A DNA stretch of 64,000 bases from Lingula anatina. Taxonomy: Eukaryota > Animalia > Brachiopoda. The translations under genes and the position numbers were made by a program. The stretch spans positions 7,188,587 through 7,252,586 of the forward strand of contig CM120648.1 in NCBI GenBank assembly GCA_051362555.1, read 5' to 3'. A model generated the notes under the pieces. It ran no database searches, was not told the origin of the DNA, and was given only the letters and a program-made list of their open reading frames with translations. Positions within the stretch are counted from its first letter, which is position 1. The number at the start of each line of letters is the position of its first letter. This document shows, one piece after another, positions 1 through 13,600 of this stretch.

Positions 1-1275
1 TCACCACATTGTGCTGGTTGTGCTGTGCTCTGATCCTGATCACACCTAACACAATCATGAACATCAGGAACCCAACGCAGATCACGATGATGACCACGAT
101 ACCTGCATCTGCAAAATCAATAACACAATCATGAACATCAGGAACCCAACACAGATCACAATGATGACCACGATACCTGCATCTGCAAAATCAATACAGT
201 TCAGTCAGCACAAGGTTTTCAATATAGGAATAAAATATGTATAAAAAAATCAATCCTGGACAAATGACATTTATAGAATGTCAAAACAAACAAAAAATGT
301 GACCTCTCTTCTATGGGCAACAACTGTCTATCTATATTCATCCTCAATTGAGGTGGGCCAAAAGTTGAAATCTCCAAGCTGAGTGCAACTTATTGGTCTC
401 AAACACCTAAAACCTTTCCTCCTTTTAACCAGCTCAAAGACAAAATCACTTTATTGCTTAATCAATCTTTCTTTTGACTTACTGGCATGCCCAGAGACAC
501 TGGCAACTGTGTTGGTTCTCTCCTCCAGGTTCATGTCTCTACCCTTGGAGTCCTGTATGCTGTTGTGATGGGCATAAACCTTGTCACTCATGGCATGGGC
601 CTGGTTCTCATGCACCACAGCCTGCTGCTTGTGGCTGCCTTCAACCTGAAGAGGATTCCATGCAAATCTGAGTGAAATATCTAATGATATTGCTTATTCT
701 TGACAATTATCCAATTTCACAATTTTTATTTATTTATTAATTTTTTTAACTCATCTATGAAATATCTACAAATCTAATTTCATACACTTATGCCAGTAGC
801 AGTAAATAGGTTTTCCCACACCAATGGATATCAAATCATTCCTATAAGTAACAAGTGCTTGAGCAAGCCTTTTTATGAAGTCTTCTTGCTTGAAAAAAAA
901 AAAAAATTACATTTTCCTATCTTTCACATTGTGTAATTCCATACCTGTACTTTGAACTTATTGCTGACAAATCTGCCGTTCATCTCAGAACACTGCACAA
1001 CAAAAGCACGTGGTCGCATGCTGCTGCCAGAGTTTGCGTATTTCACACCATGAAGAATTGCCTGATAGTTAGAAATCAGGTCTGCGCCTATAAACAATTT
1101 TGAAAATCATTAGTAGCCTTACTTGTTAAAAATCCTTCCTATGCAGTCATAATGACATCAGAGCTTCAGTCTTTACATTTTTACATAATAAGAAACTATT
1201 TCAGTTCAAAATGGCCTAAATCCACTGCTACATTCAACACCTTTCACCAATCATTTGACGTCTACCAAGTTTAAT

Positions 1276-1330
<55 letters not shown>

Positions 1331-2087
1331 TTACCAGAAATAACCACAGAGTTGGCATCCATCTTGTGCTCCAGCTGCAGATGTTGGATTTGATTGGCTG
1401 GCAGAGTGAGACTCTCAGTGCTGACATCTAGTGGTGGATTGGCTGTGATGGTGCACATATCCAGGTTCACCATGGCACCGGTGGGTTTGGTGTCTTCTAC
1501 AGTAAACGGACAGAAATTATCTTGATTGGTGGTCAATTGGCTGGCTAAATGCTTTGCTCACTTATCTTTACGTTAACTTTGTTTTCTTTTCTGTCTGCAG
1601 CTCAATGCCATTGTTCAAAATTTACTTTAAAATTTTTGATGACTGAGCACCAAACACATCAGTCTAGTGGATTTCTGGTCTTTATTGGTCCTATGTCTAC
1701 AAAAACCTTGATTCAGTCTTAAAGAACGCAAAAATTACGTAAAACAATGATGCAAATTAAACAAACTCCAAAGAAGACAAAAAATTACAAAAATTGCAAC
1801 ACCAGAGCCCCACTTACGTTCCATCAGCTTAGGGTGCTCGTGAACCTCATTCTCATCCTCTCCGTCCTCTGCCTTACTGACGATAGAGAGGCCCTGGAAA
1901 ATGGCCACCCCCTCAGCCAGGTCAGTCATGGGTCTGATGAGGTGACCAGTGCCGCTGATGGTGATTGTGGGGCTTTCTGTCTCCACCACCATGATGTAGG
2001 TCTGGACAGGAGGGATGTTGATCTTCTTGTAGCTTGAACAGCTGAGGAGGACAGGAACAATAGGCAATATTCAATATTATCATAAAG

Positions 2088-2137
<50 letters not shown>

Positions 2138-5100
2138 AGTATTTTCATTTTTTTACATCACCATGTGACTAAACTTATATATTTAGCCTCAAAAGCTGAG
2201 GATAGCATTAATAATAGACACGATCCATATTACTCTCAAGATCATTACTCTCATTATCATCATCATCATTATTATTATTCCAGAACTATCATCACTGTAG
2301 TTACACCGCGTAAATAAAGTTCTCAGTTCTCAGTACCTGACGCTGGAGGTGATCTCCAGGTTACGCCTGCCCACTGTGGGGAAAGCTCTGGCGTTGACAT
2401 AGCCAATCTGCCTGACAACCGTATCTACCTCCTCGCTGTCGTGACCTGTGACTGTGATCTCAGACATCTCACTGTTGAAGGAGATAGACTGAAAAAAAAA
2501 AACATGAATGAACTAGAGGATCAGAGAGGCGATACCGCCTCCGAATATTGTACCACCAGCTGGAGCAAGCGCATTCGTATAGACCCCCACATACACAAAA
2601 TAAGGGACACAGCCACCAGTTTTGTGCTTGACAAGCTGTAAAAATGCAATCAACAAGAATTTTTAAACTATTGCAAAAAATATATATGGTACAATCAAAT
2701 TTAAGTTCTTCGTAAGGTAGGTCAAGGGTCAATTTCAAGGTCACAGTAAATTGCCAGTATATGACTTCCTATTCAAGTTCAATAGTAACTATGGACCTAT
2801 CTCAGCCAGTTTTGGAGATAAAATGAAAGCAAAATTTGCAAAATTCAGTTTATGGTGTAAAGTAGGTCAAAGGTCAATTTTAAGGTCACATTTAGATTGC
2901 CAGTATATGACTTCCTTTTCAAGTTCAATTGTAACTACGGACCTATCTCAGCCAGTTTTGGAGATAAAAGGAAAGCAAAATTAGCAAAATTCAGTTTATG
3001 GTGTAAAGTAGGTCAAAGGTCAATTTTAAGGTCACATTTAGATTGCCAGTATATGACTTCCTTTTCAAGTTCAATAGTAACTATGGACCTATCTCTGCCA
3101 GTTTTGGAGATAAAAGGAAAGCAAAATTTGCAAAGTTCAGTTCATGGTGAAAAGTAGGTCAAAGGTCAATTTCAAGGTCCTATTTAGATTGCCAGTATAT
3201 GACTTCCTATTCAAGTTCAATAGTAACTATGGACCTATCTCAGCCAGTTTTGGAGATAAAAGGGAAGCAAAATTTGCAAAATTCAGTTCATGGTGAAAAG
3301 TAGGTCAAAGGTCAATTTCAAGGTCACATTTAGATTGCCAGTATATGACTTCCTATTCAAGTTCAATAGTAACTATGGACCTATCTCAGCCAGTTTTGGA
3401 GATAAAAGGGAAGCAAAATTTGCAAAATTCAGTTCATGGTGAAAAGTAGGTCAAAGGTCAATTTCAAGGTCACATTTAGATTGCCAGTATATGACTTCCT
3501 ATTCAAGTTCAATAGTAACTATGGACCTATCTCTGCCAGTTTTGGAGATAAAAGGGAAGAAAAATTTGCAAAATTCAGTTCATGGTGTAAAGTAGGTCAA
3601 AGGTCAATTTTGAGGTCACATTTAGATTGCCAGTATATGACTTCCTATTCAAGTTCAATAGTAACTATGGACCTATCTCTGCCAGTTTTTGAGATAAAAG
3701 GGAAGCAAGTTTTGCAAAGTTCAGTTTATGGTGAAAAGTAGGTCAAAGGTCAATTTTAAGGTCACATTTAGATTGCCAGTATATGACTTCCTATTCAAGT
3801 TCAATAGTAACTATGGACCTATCTCTGCCAGTTTTGGAGATAAAAGGGAAGAAAAATTTGCAAAGTTCAGTTCATGGTGAAAAGTAGGTCAAAGGTCACT
3901 TTCAAGGTCATAGTAAGATTGCCAGTATATGACTTCCTATTCAACTTCAATAGTAACTATGGACCTATCTCTGCCAGTTTTGGAGATAAAAGGGAAGAAA
4001 AATTTGCAAAGTTCAGTTCATGGTGAAAAGTAGGTCAAAGGTCACTTTCAAGGTCATAGTAAGATTGCCAGTATATGACTTCCTATTCAACTTCAATAGT
4101 AACTATGGTCCTATCTCTGCCAGTTTTGGAGATATAAGGGACTAAATGTTATAATTTTGGAGTTACCATAATGTGCCTTAAATTTCGTACAGAAAAAATT
4201 AATTAAAATAAAGAAAATGTCATTTTGGTCAAAATTCTTGAAATAGGAGGTGCTCTGAAGTTTCAGAAGTTCAAATTTGATGAAATAATGTCATTTTTGA
4301 ACACAAGTTGTCTGCTTTGCCAAGCCTTATGTTTTATTTTTCCAGAGTTCAAAATTTATTATCCATTACCGTACTGCACATTTTGCTTTTACCACCAATA
4401 TGTACTTTTTGATACAGCGTAACTCGAAAACCGTATGGAATACAAAAAAACCGAGACCACCTCCAGTGTTGGTCTTTACATGCTCTACAAAATGCAAAAA
4501 AGAATGGGTCTCTAGCATTAACGGTTCCCGAATTAGAGACAGTTTTCAGTTTCGGTATCTTATGGCCGCTACTCCCGTGAAAATGCACCGATTGACCCCA
4601 AATTCATGGAGATGAAAGATGACCTGAAGGGTAACACCTTCCAATAATATTATTGGTTAAGTCTGTGTGGTGTCTGAATAACAGGGCAAAAAAATTTTTT
4701 TTCGTAAAAAATTTCATTTTTTTGAAAATTTTGGCCCATTTGACCTTGGAGTAAAGGTCAAAGGTCAAATCCAAGGGTATATTTGAAATCTACACATATG
4801 ACTTTTGGAAAGCCGTCTATAGAAATTTTTCCCATAACTCCTTCCGTAGGGTAGATAATTAGCATTTAATTTTGCCATTTTTAGACAAGGGTGCATTGCA
4901 ATGAGTGCCACACCCAGACCCCAATACCGACAAAGCCCAAATTTTACGTGGAACAAATTGAGATTATAGGTGACCTAAATCCATGAGATGGGTACGGGGG
5001 CTCTTACCGTCTAGGAGGAGAAGCGGTAACGGTAGCCGTCCGGCGGAGCCGGCGGAGCCAATGGAGCCGGCGGAGCCGGCGGAACGATCCGGACGGGACC

Positions 5101-8100
5101 GAAACCATGTGTACCGCCAGCGCTAACGCTGGTGGTACAATAAATAAATAAAACAAAAGAAAAAGATTAACTGTATATTTAACATTATGAATTGTTTATG
5201 ACAGACCCAGAATTTTATGAAACATTGAAATTCTGTGTCCAAAAAGGTGCTATTTAGCAAACAACTGCTCCCTAAACCCATCCTTAGACCCCATTCCCAG
5301 AGATTAGATCGATCTACTTAAGATCGACCTAACTCCCTGGGGGTTCACTCTAAATAGCTGTCAGCCAAGCAGGCACGAAAGTTAATTACCCCCTTACAGC
5401 TTGTAGTAGGCGGGACGGACATTTCAGCCAGATTATCTGACAGTAATCTAGTGAGACTCCCCGCGGGGATAGATCGATCTAAAAGCTCTGGGAAACGCCC
5501 TTAGATGTCACTATGACACACACCCACTTATTAATCTCAACCCCATCTATAGATGTCACTTCAAGACAAGCCTACTCACCATTCCAGTATTAACCTGGTC
5601 CATGGCGTGGAACTCCAGCTTCTCTTGGCAGTTGTTCATGCACTTGATCACATTGTCTTTCTCGGTCTCTCCCCTCAGGATGGACAAGTGGGCCAGGTAG
5701 CCCTTGAAAAACTGGCCTAGCTTGTGTTTGCCCGCTGAAAGGTTCAAGTTTGGCAATTGCTCTCTGATTTGTAACTGTTCATTTTTTTTTTTTTTTTGTC
5801 ATTTTTCTTTTTTTATTTATGTAAGATTCTTTTAGATGGATTTTTCAGTTTCTTCACATACACTAAACAATTAAACTAAAATACATTCATTTTTTAAAGT
5901 TAATCCTCTCTGTGAGATGTGGCAAAAAACAGGCCTCACATGAGACTTCCAGTGCCACTTGTCTTGGTACCACCAACCCTATGCTAATTTTTTGGACTTC
6001 CTTCACCACCTTTTACAAGATGTAAGTAAGCCAAATACACTTCCTGACATTAACACTATGCACTGCATTGTTAATGGGTGCCCATTTGACAAAAAAATTT
6101 ATGTGCCTTACCTTGGTAACAAGCTCCAATGACCAGTCTAGTAAAATGGATGTGTGTTGGGTGTAGAGGCCAGTCTTCAATGACCTCAGAGTTCTCATGG
6201 GTAGCCACAAACATGTTACCATCCACATACAGACGGACCTGGAACATGTGAAAGTCATGGGTAATGTTTGTTATTCTAAATGCATCAAAATCTATACTTA
6301 ACTTTAATATAAATCAGGGTCAGGAACTGTCAGTCTAATCTATCAAATGCCTCTGCTCTTTCAAAGAAAATTGTCTTACAGACATAATTCAACATAATGC
6401 CACTGCGAAAAAATAATAAGATTCATACATGTATAATTCACCATTTGAACACTGTAATGTGCTCTTGATTGGGTCCCATTTTGACTACTATTGCCACCTA
6501 CCTGTGGGAAATCAATACTAATGGCGTAGTGATGCCAGTTTCCATCGCAGACTTCTGGAAGGTTCCAGCGCCACTCAGCAGGACTGAACTTGTTCAGGTC
6601 GTTGCCTGCCTCCTTGCGGAGAAGCAGCACCAGCTTGCAGTTGTGCAAGTAAAGGGCGTAATGGTGGCGGTTCATGTCTGGAAAAAAAAAGTGGAGATAT
6701 TTTTGTCAGTGCTGTAAGATAACAGGATATTCTCAAAAACTTTTTTTTTTTTACTTGGGAAGGGGGTCATTTTGAGCCCAAACTGTTTCAAGCTTTAAAT
6801 TATTGTGCTAGAGAAACTGGTAAAATTTATTTGAGTTTCACAAGCTTTTTACATTACTTTTAACTGAAGGATTAAACAAGCACAACACTGTGCAGACTAT
6901 AACCAAGGGGTGCCTTCGTGCCCTTGTTCATTTTTTTCTCTCTGTGAGAAGTAATACACCAGAAAGTTTTTAAAAATGGACCTTTATCATCAATTAATTT
7001 AATTACATTTACACCAAATCCAAAAACAGTGAGAGTGGTATTTTTCTTTCAGTAAGAAGTGATGCTTTACGAGGCCTCAAGCAGGCATCCACTATGAACC
7101 CCCTTTTTCACTGCCTAAAATCATGCTTGTCTTTACTCTAATTTGTGCTACCAGATGTCGCTAGTGAGCATGCTTTAACCTTGGACTCACTCCTGTTGCA
7201 TTAACAATGCTTCGGACCTACTGCAGTCATGCTTTTTCTGTCAGTATTCTCTTGTGAAATCAACTCATGCTCACATAATGTGTTTAACAAATCTTCATCC
7301 TAACCTCAAACCATGCTGTCAGACTTTCTGCCGTGCTGTCAAACCTCTCTTCGAAGCATGCTCAGCTTCTAGCTTCTCATGTTACAAAACCAAACTTTAC
7401 TTCATGCTACAGTCACCAGTCTTTTGAAGTACATGACCTCAAATTAAACATTTTTTTTCTTTTAGGTCATACTTTCACATCTTAATTCAATTCATGCTGT
7501 AATTGATTTTCTTTCCCTGCAGAGGCTAGGCCATTTTGTAATTTCCACACTTTCTATATCCCAACTTGTGACAGTCTAAACTGGGCACCTCATCAGAATA
7601 GTTCCTCTCAAATTAATTCTCAATATTTTAGTGCCCAGGTTTGACAACTCAAAGCTTCTGCCAAAGCTCGACGTCAAGACAGCACACAGGCATTAGAGTC
7701 TCAAACACATGCTGAGATTAAAAGGCATGGGTTAAGGTAATGAACTATTGAAGGGTTAATGATGTGACAGGGCGATGCAATCTGCACTCAGACCAGAACG
7801 TACCTTCCGATGGTGAGGTGTAATCGACTGAAAAAAGCCATGTATTGTACTGAATGAGCATGAGCAGAAAGGACACCTTCTTATGTGGAATACAGACAGA
7901 GGTCCATGAAAGGCAGTTCTCTCAGAAGCAGTTGTTCTTTAAGTACACCGGCTTCTTTTAGCTTACATGATGGAGAAGCCCTTTTAATTTGAAAGGTACT
8001 TTTTTTTTTTGGCTTATTCCTTCAAAATTTTATGTACAGTTTTTAAATCAGCCTACATCTAACTTGTGTCCTCAATAACAAGTGTTGTTGTTGTTGTTGT

Positions 8101-10594
8101 TGTGTGTGCGCAGATTTGTAGAGTAGCCTGCAAAAGGTCTCTGTGCATGTTTACAGAGGGGTCCTGGTGATCATTTTTTTTTTTATTTCTGAATTCTTTA
8201 AAACAATAATAAGCAACTGAAATTACACATTTCCCAAAATAACTGTTGACCATAAAATCAACACAAAAAATCCCAGTGGAGATTTCAACCCCTAAGTCTT
8301 CTAAACACAAAACTAAATCACTTCGATATCAGCTCTTTACATCCAACAATACACCACAAAAGCCCTGTGTACTTACTTTCCCCATCACTGTTACACAAGA
8401 TGTGCTCCTTGATGCCACTTTCCAGAGGATTCCTCTGATGTTTCATCCACGTCATTATGGTGAAGTGCTCACTCAGCGTGTGGTTGAACTTGCCGCTGGG
8501 AACCTCGGCGGCATTAGTGGCACCATCGAAAGCATTGATCTGGTCTCCTTCGTTGCCGTCGTCTGTCGGGAGGTTCTTGGTCCACGACTCGCCCATGGAG
8601 GCAGGGGGCAGAAGGTCCACAGCATTGGTGTTGGCACCTTGGAAGAGGAAGGCAAAAGTTAAAGGATTATTAAGTTATCTAGGCCCAGAAATTCATGTGT
8701 TATGAGTAACAGTTAGCCCTGGCTGAAAAGGGAAGATCAAAGAAACTAAATCTCCATCCACATACTTCCTAATGGTGATGCTTAAAATTTTTTTTTTATA
8801 AAATAAGTAAACAATAAGATAAAACTCTTTTTTTTCACTCAAAATTATGATTCTATCTCAATGCACTTAACAGTCAAAAGGTGACCAGGAATAAATTTTT
8901 CCACAGCCTGGTTGTGACACACATGACAATATATTCCAAGTTCACCCTTCAGCAAAACAAAAACAACTCACTGTTATGAAAAAGTTTTTTCACAATTTTT
9001 TAATCACTGTAGACAACTGCTGAAAAAGAAGCAGCCAGTTGGTGACATCTTTTCTTAGGAACACCACATATTTTTTTCTTAGAACACAAATCCCATTGTC
9101 CATCTTAAGGCCAAGCTTCCAAATTTCTCAGAAATTACAGACTTTCATTCAAGGAACCCCGTCTTTGAAGTCAACATCCTTCATCATTTTTTTTTTCGCC
9201 TAAGCAATATCCTTGGTGAACTAAATAGGACCAAGTTAAAATTAAAAACCTGACCTTTCCCAACAGCGTCAACAAAATTAATGGAGTTTCCTTTCCTAGA
9301 AATTTCAGTTGCTTTTTTTTTCATTGTTGTGCAACTGAATACCCAAGAATGCAATTCTATACGTCATTTAATTAGAAAACAAGAATACGGCATCCAGTCG
9401 ATCAACAACAGAAACTGGGGACATTCCATATTCCAATAAAACCTAGCAGGTGAAAAAAATCTCCAAGATTATCTGGACATATTCCCAGAAAAAGAATCAA
9501 GAAGACAAGCTTAAAAGCACAGTATCCAAGCAGGTGTTTTCATCACTGCTCTTCCAGGAATTCCTTCTACATCACACTTAATAATCCAATACCTTTGAAC
9601 ATATCTAATATTATAAACAATCCATCTTCTAAAAAAAAAAAAAAAACTCTCAATCATACTGACAGGTAACTCATCTTGTGTGGCATTCACACTTAATGCT
9701 TCCGCGACTCTGACAAGAAGATCGACAAGAAGATCAAAGAGGATATTAAACACCCCACACAGGTGCTTACTGGACATCGAAGTATCCAGGATTTCCAACT
9801 GACCTTTGTACTCTAACCAGAACTAAACTTCTCACACTGTGGTGATAAGGGGCAGAGCTTCACCACTTGGACGGACAGGGGATGTAAAAGAACCAAGTTT
9901 GGCATGGCGGGAACACTCGCCATTTTAACCAAATGCCAAAACTGACTTGAATCTGCTAAACAAAACAGGGCTGATTTGACTTTTTCAAAACAAATTAAAA
10001 CCATTTTGAGAGAAACCAATTTCATTTCGATTCCAAACTTAAGTACCATATTTGCACAGGATCTATAGGGAGACAATGGTATATTTCAGATACCACTATC
10101 AAGTCAGTACATGTTTGACCATGAAATGTCATGAAACACCAAACCCTTACAAGCAACAAGGAAGACGAGTTCAGGGAAGAAGATCTGACCCAGACACTCT
10201 ACAATTGATTTACTCCTCCTGACCTTGGATCTTATCGATTAAGGACACAAAAGCAGGACAAAACCTGGAAATTTCATTAAGTTACCTGACCTAGACAAGA
10301 CAACTGGTAAAACACATACCTCTGTCTCTCCTGATATTTCACAAGGCAACCTATCACATTCATCAATGCAGATTCCATAGATCACAAAGTTCTGTCCCTG
10401 CCTCTGACTGTTACTTGGAATTTGTCTGTTCATACATCAAACAGAAATAATTAAATTTCTTGTGGCAATTCCCAACCTGTATTCACAACTGTCTTACTTA
10501 AGGTTAAAGGGAAGGGGAGGAGGGGGAGGTAGAACATGGGGTAAACTAAACCCAAATAAAGACAAACTCTAGGAGGTGGATGGTTTGAATTACA

Positions 10595-10627
<33 letters not shown>

Positions 10628-13600
10628 CGTGTGCGCACGCACGCGTACACAAGCACATGCATGTGTGCATGCATGTGTGTACAAGCACAAACCAACTGTA
10701 GATTTCCTGGAATGTGTCTGGAAAGATGTTTTTTTTTTTTGCTGGAGATGGTCAAAGCTTCATCACCATTCACAACACGAACTGATTCCACCACAAATGT
10801 ACCAAATGACACTACCCCATGCTCAGAATACTTAGGCATCTTTTCTGAACCTGGGATCAAAAACAAATTTCATCGCCTGGTGATGTCATTTTAAAATTCA
10901 GTCTAAATTGGTCCTGTTGTGACTTCAACTGCAAGCCATCAGTGAAGAGGTGGAATCCTATTTCCAGGGATTTCCTGACTTGTCACAAAAGACCAGTAAT
11001 CAATTGCCAGGTCTGTAAACACCATAGGCTGACCAAGACTAGCATGCAGCAGAGTAATTGCAAAAAGGAAGGTCGAGTTGGGAGAATCTTACCACGCACT
11101 TTCAAACAACAGTAACTTGACAATATGTTTTGTCCTCAGGGGTGGATAGAGGCCGTCTTCTGGGTCTTCAAGACAACGGTCAGATTTTCTAGCTTACATT
11201 GATAGGTATCTAATTTTTTTCTGATCAAAAAATGGAGGATGGATCAGCAACGATAATTTGGAAGACTGTCAGAAAATATCTCTGGATCTGCCCCGGTGGT
11301 CCTGTAACACTCTCTCTCTCTCTCTCTCCACCTTGAGGTTCAACACCTCTACAGGCAGCACACAAGGTCATACTTACCACACAATTTCCTCTGTGACTTC
11401 ACAGAGTACGTGTCTCTATCACACCCCTTGCCGATGTGGTCAGTTTGCAGCTTGACCTTCACCGACAGCCTCTCCTCCTTGCACGGAATGTCACATGTGG
11501 AGAATTCCGCCTTCTCGAAAAGCATCTTTCTGCCGCTGTTTGGCATGTATTCGATACGGTCGCTGATGCCTGGAAAATAATTTAGAATGCATGTTCAAAG
11601 CATACAGTGTTCTACTGCTTGACTGCTTTTTTTTTCTTCTTTTTGTCTAAAAAATTTGCAATGCATGTTTAATGCATACAGTGTTCTATGCTTGAATGCT
11701 GTTTTTTTCCAGTCTAAAATCCCATTAGACATCATTAAGTCAGTAAAAGAGAAAATGGCCTAATCATTTATATTGCCCAATTATATTACAAAAGCATGGT
11801 GGTGGTTTTTACATATTCATAATTTAATGATTTGAAATGATTTGAATAAGCAAGCAATTTTACGTAGTCATTTCTCCATCCTTTCATCTCGTTTCTTTGT
11901 CTTCACCCCCCCCCCTCTCTCTCTCTCTCTCATTACCTGTCCATCCCACTTTACAGGTGGGCTTCACTTTGATGTTGACGAGGACGGACTCTGACATTTT
12001 CTCTCCACAGTCCACTGCCTTCACCTTCAGCATGTAGTTGCTCACGATGGAGGCATTCAGCTTAGCCGTGTTGAAGATCACCCCTGAAATATGGATGAGA
12101 ATTGCATGATGTACTGTCAGACACCACTTACTTAGTTCATTTGGGAAAAATGTCCATTAGGTTGGTAGTTAAATTTTTATTATCACATATAATTAGTTCA
12201 TTTTGGTTAAATTTTTCATTTTTTTTCTCCTCACATTGTTATATACATCTCTTTTTACAACAGAAAAAATAAATATTCCTGCTAAAGTTGAAAATTTTAA
12301 ATCACTCAGAATATAAGGAAAATAATACTGTATCATTGAAAATGTTTTAAATCATTATACTAAAATGTAACAAAGTTCAATACATTTATGTAGAGTTTGA
12401 GGACATCCTTGTGTATGTACATGTGAGTAAGTACAGATTCATATTACTTGTGAGATAGATGACAAAAAAATGAAAGTCTTCTGACTGGAGATGCCCTTTC
12501 CATTACAACTCGTTTTATTTCATCTGCCATTAAACACATCTCATTGAACACAGTGTTAATCCAAAGGTCACCTTGTAATATAAGAATAGCTCACCTATGT
12601 TCACCTGAACTGACCTCAGTTATAAAACATTATAAACATGGGGGGGGGGGGGGGGGGGAGCCAGGTGTGGATTGTGAAAATACAATTTCATAGATGTTAA
12701 GACACTGCCTAGAGAAAGGAAAACTAAACCTCATAATTCTTTGATAATACAATGAGCTTCTCCCATTTTTGAGCTGTCTCTTTAATCATTAGAGAAAAAT
12801 TTTCTAGCCTCAGAGAAAAATCTTCCAAGCCTATTATCACATAAATAGCAGGGTATATTTTACAAACAGGAAATCCACATAAACAAAGAACATAGGTCTG
12901 TTCTTCAAGACCCAATAAGTGCACAAAGGTACACAAAGATTATAAATATTGCTGTCTGGTATCAATTTTACCCCACACAAGTCACCATTTGAATACAGAG
13001 AGAAACTTTTCAATTCCACAAATTCAAGACAAGGAGAACTGCCAGACCCACCACTAACACAGACAAAATGAAAACTTACAAGTTCAGATTATCAATGAAC
13101 TAACTGTTACATCAATGATGCTAGAGAAAACACTTTACTATGTACAACCCAACCACAAGTTTTGACAGCTGGGTTTTTTGACGATCACCAGATGGCGCTC
13201 TCCTGAGGTAACTCAGTATCAATATGGCAACATGAAGGGCACGCACTTACACAAACTTTTGTGGATTTTCTATATTTTTACTCCAGCTTGTACCCAGGAG
13301 GCATAGCATATTGATATTTTTCTAAAGGGGTGAGGGCAGCCTGCTCCAATGAGCAATGCTCATTTTCAAACCAGTCTACCCAAGTTAGCCAGACACTGCA
13401 TAATGTAAAGGGAATGCTAATTTTTCAGGTCACGCTCTTCTTAATCAAAAGCACACTAACAGGTCTACCAGACAGCCTTGGGGGAACAACAGCGGCACAA
13501 CACAGACGGTGTTTAACTCGTGCCAATATTTAAACCCCCCAGATAAAAATTCAACTTCAAAAATAGCCTGGCGGTAACATGATACTTCAGCACATTGAAA

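Noticed and set aside
2715-4140. Regular repeat array as a CRISPR array, or its ORFs (2751, 2897, 3436) as a repeat protein
   Set aside because: Monomers are contiguous with no unique spacers, and no cas genes are present in this eukaryotic intron. The 146-bp unit shifts frame at each copy and the ORFs are short.
8246-8705. Plus-strand ORFs of 138 and 82 aa
   Set aside because: Antisense shadows of calsyntenin exon 8377-8637. The same applies to 474-675, 1747-2037, 6469-6717 and the antisense ORFs over the LRR, SLC35E2, DHX36 and HEPN exons.
9697-10380. Possible decayed plus-strand reading frame (CFRDSDKKIDKKIKEDIKHP...KFGMAGTLAIL...) in a calsyntenin intron
   Set aside because: About 7 stops in 228 codons and no motif I recognise. 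It may be an old TE relic, but that needs tBLASTn/HMM evidence.
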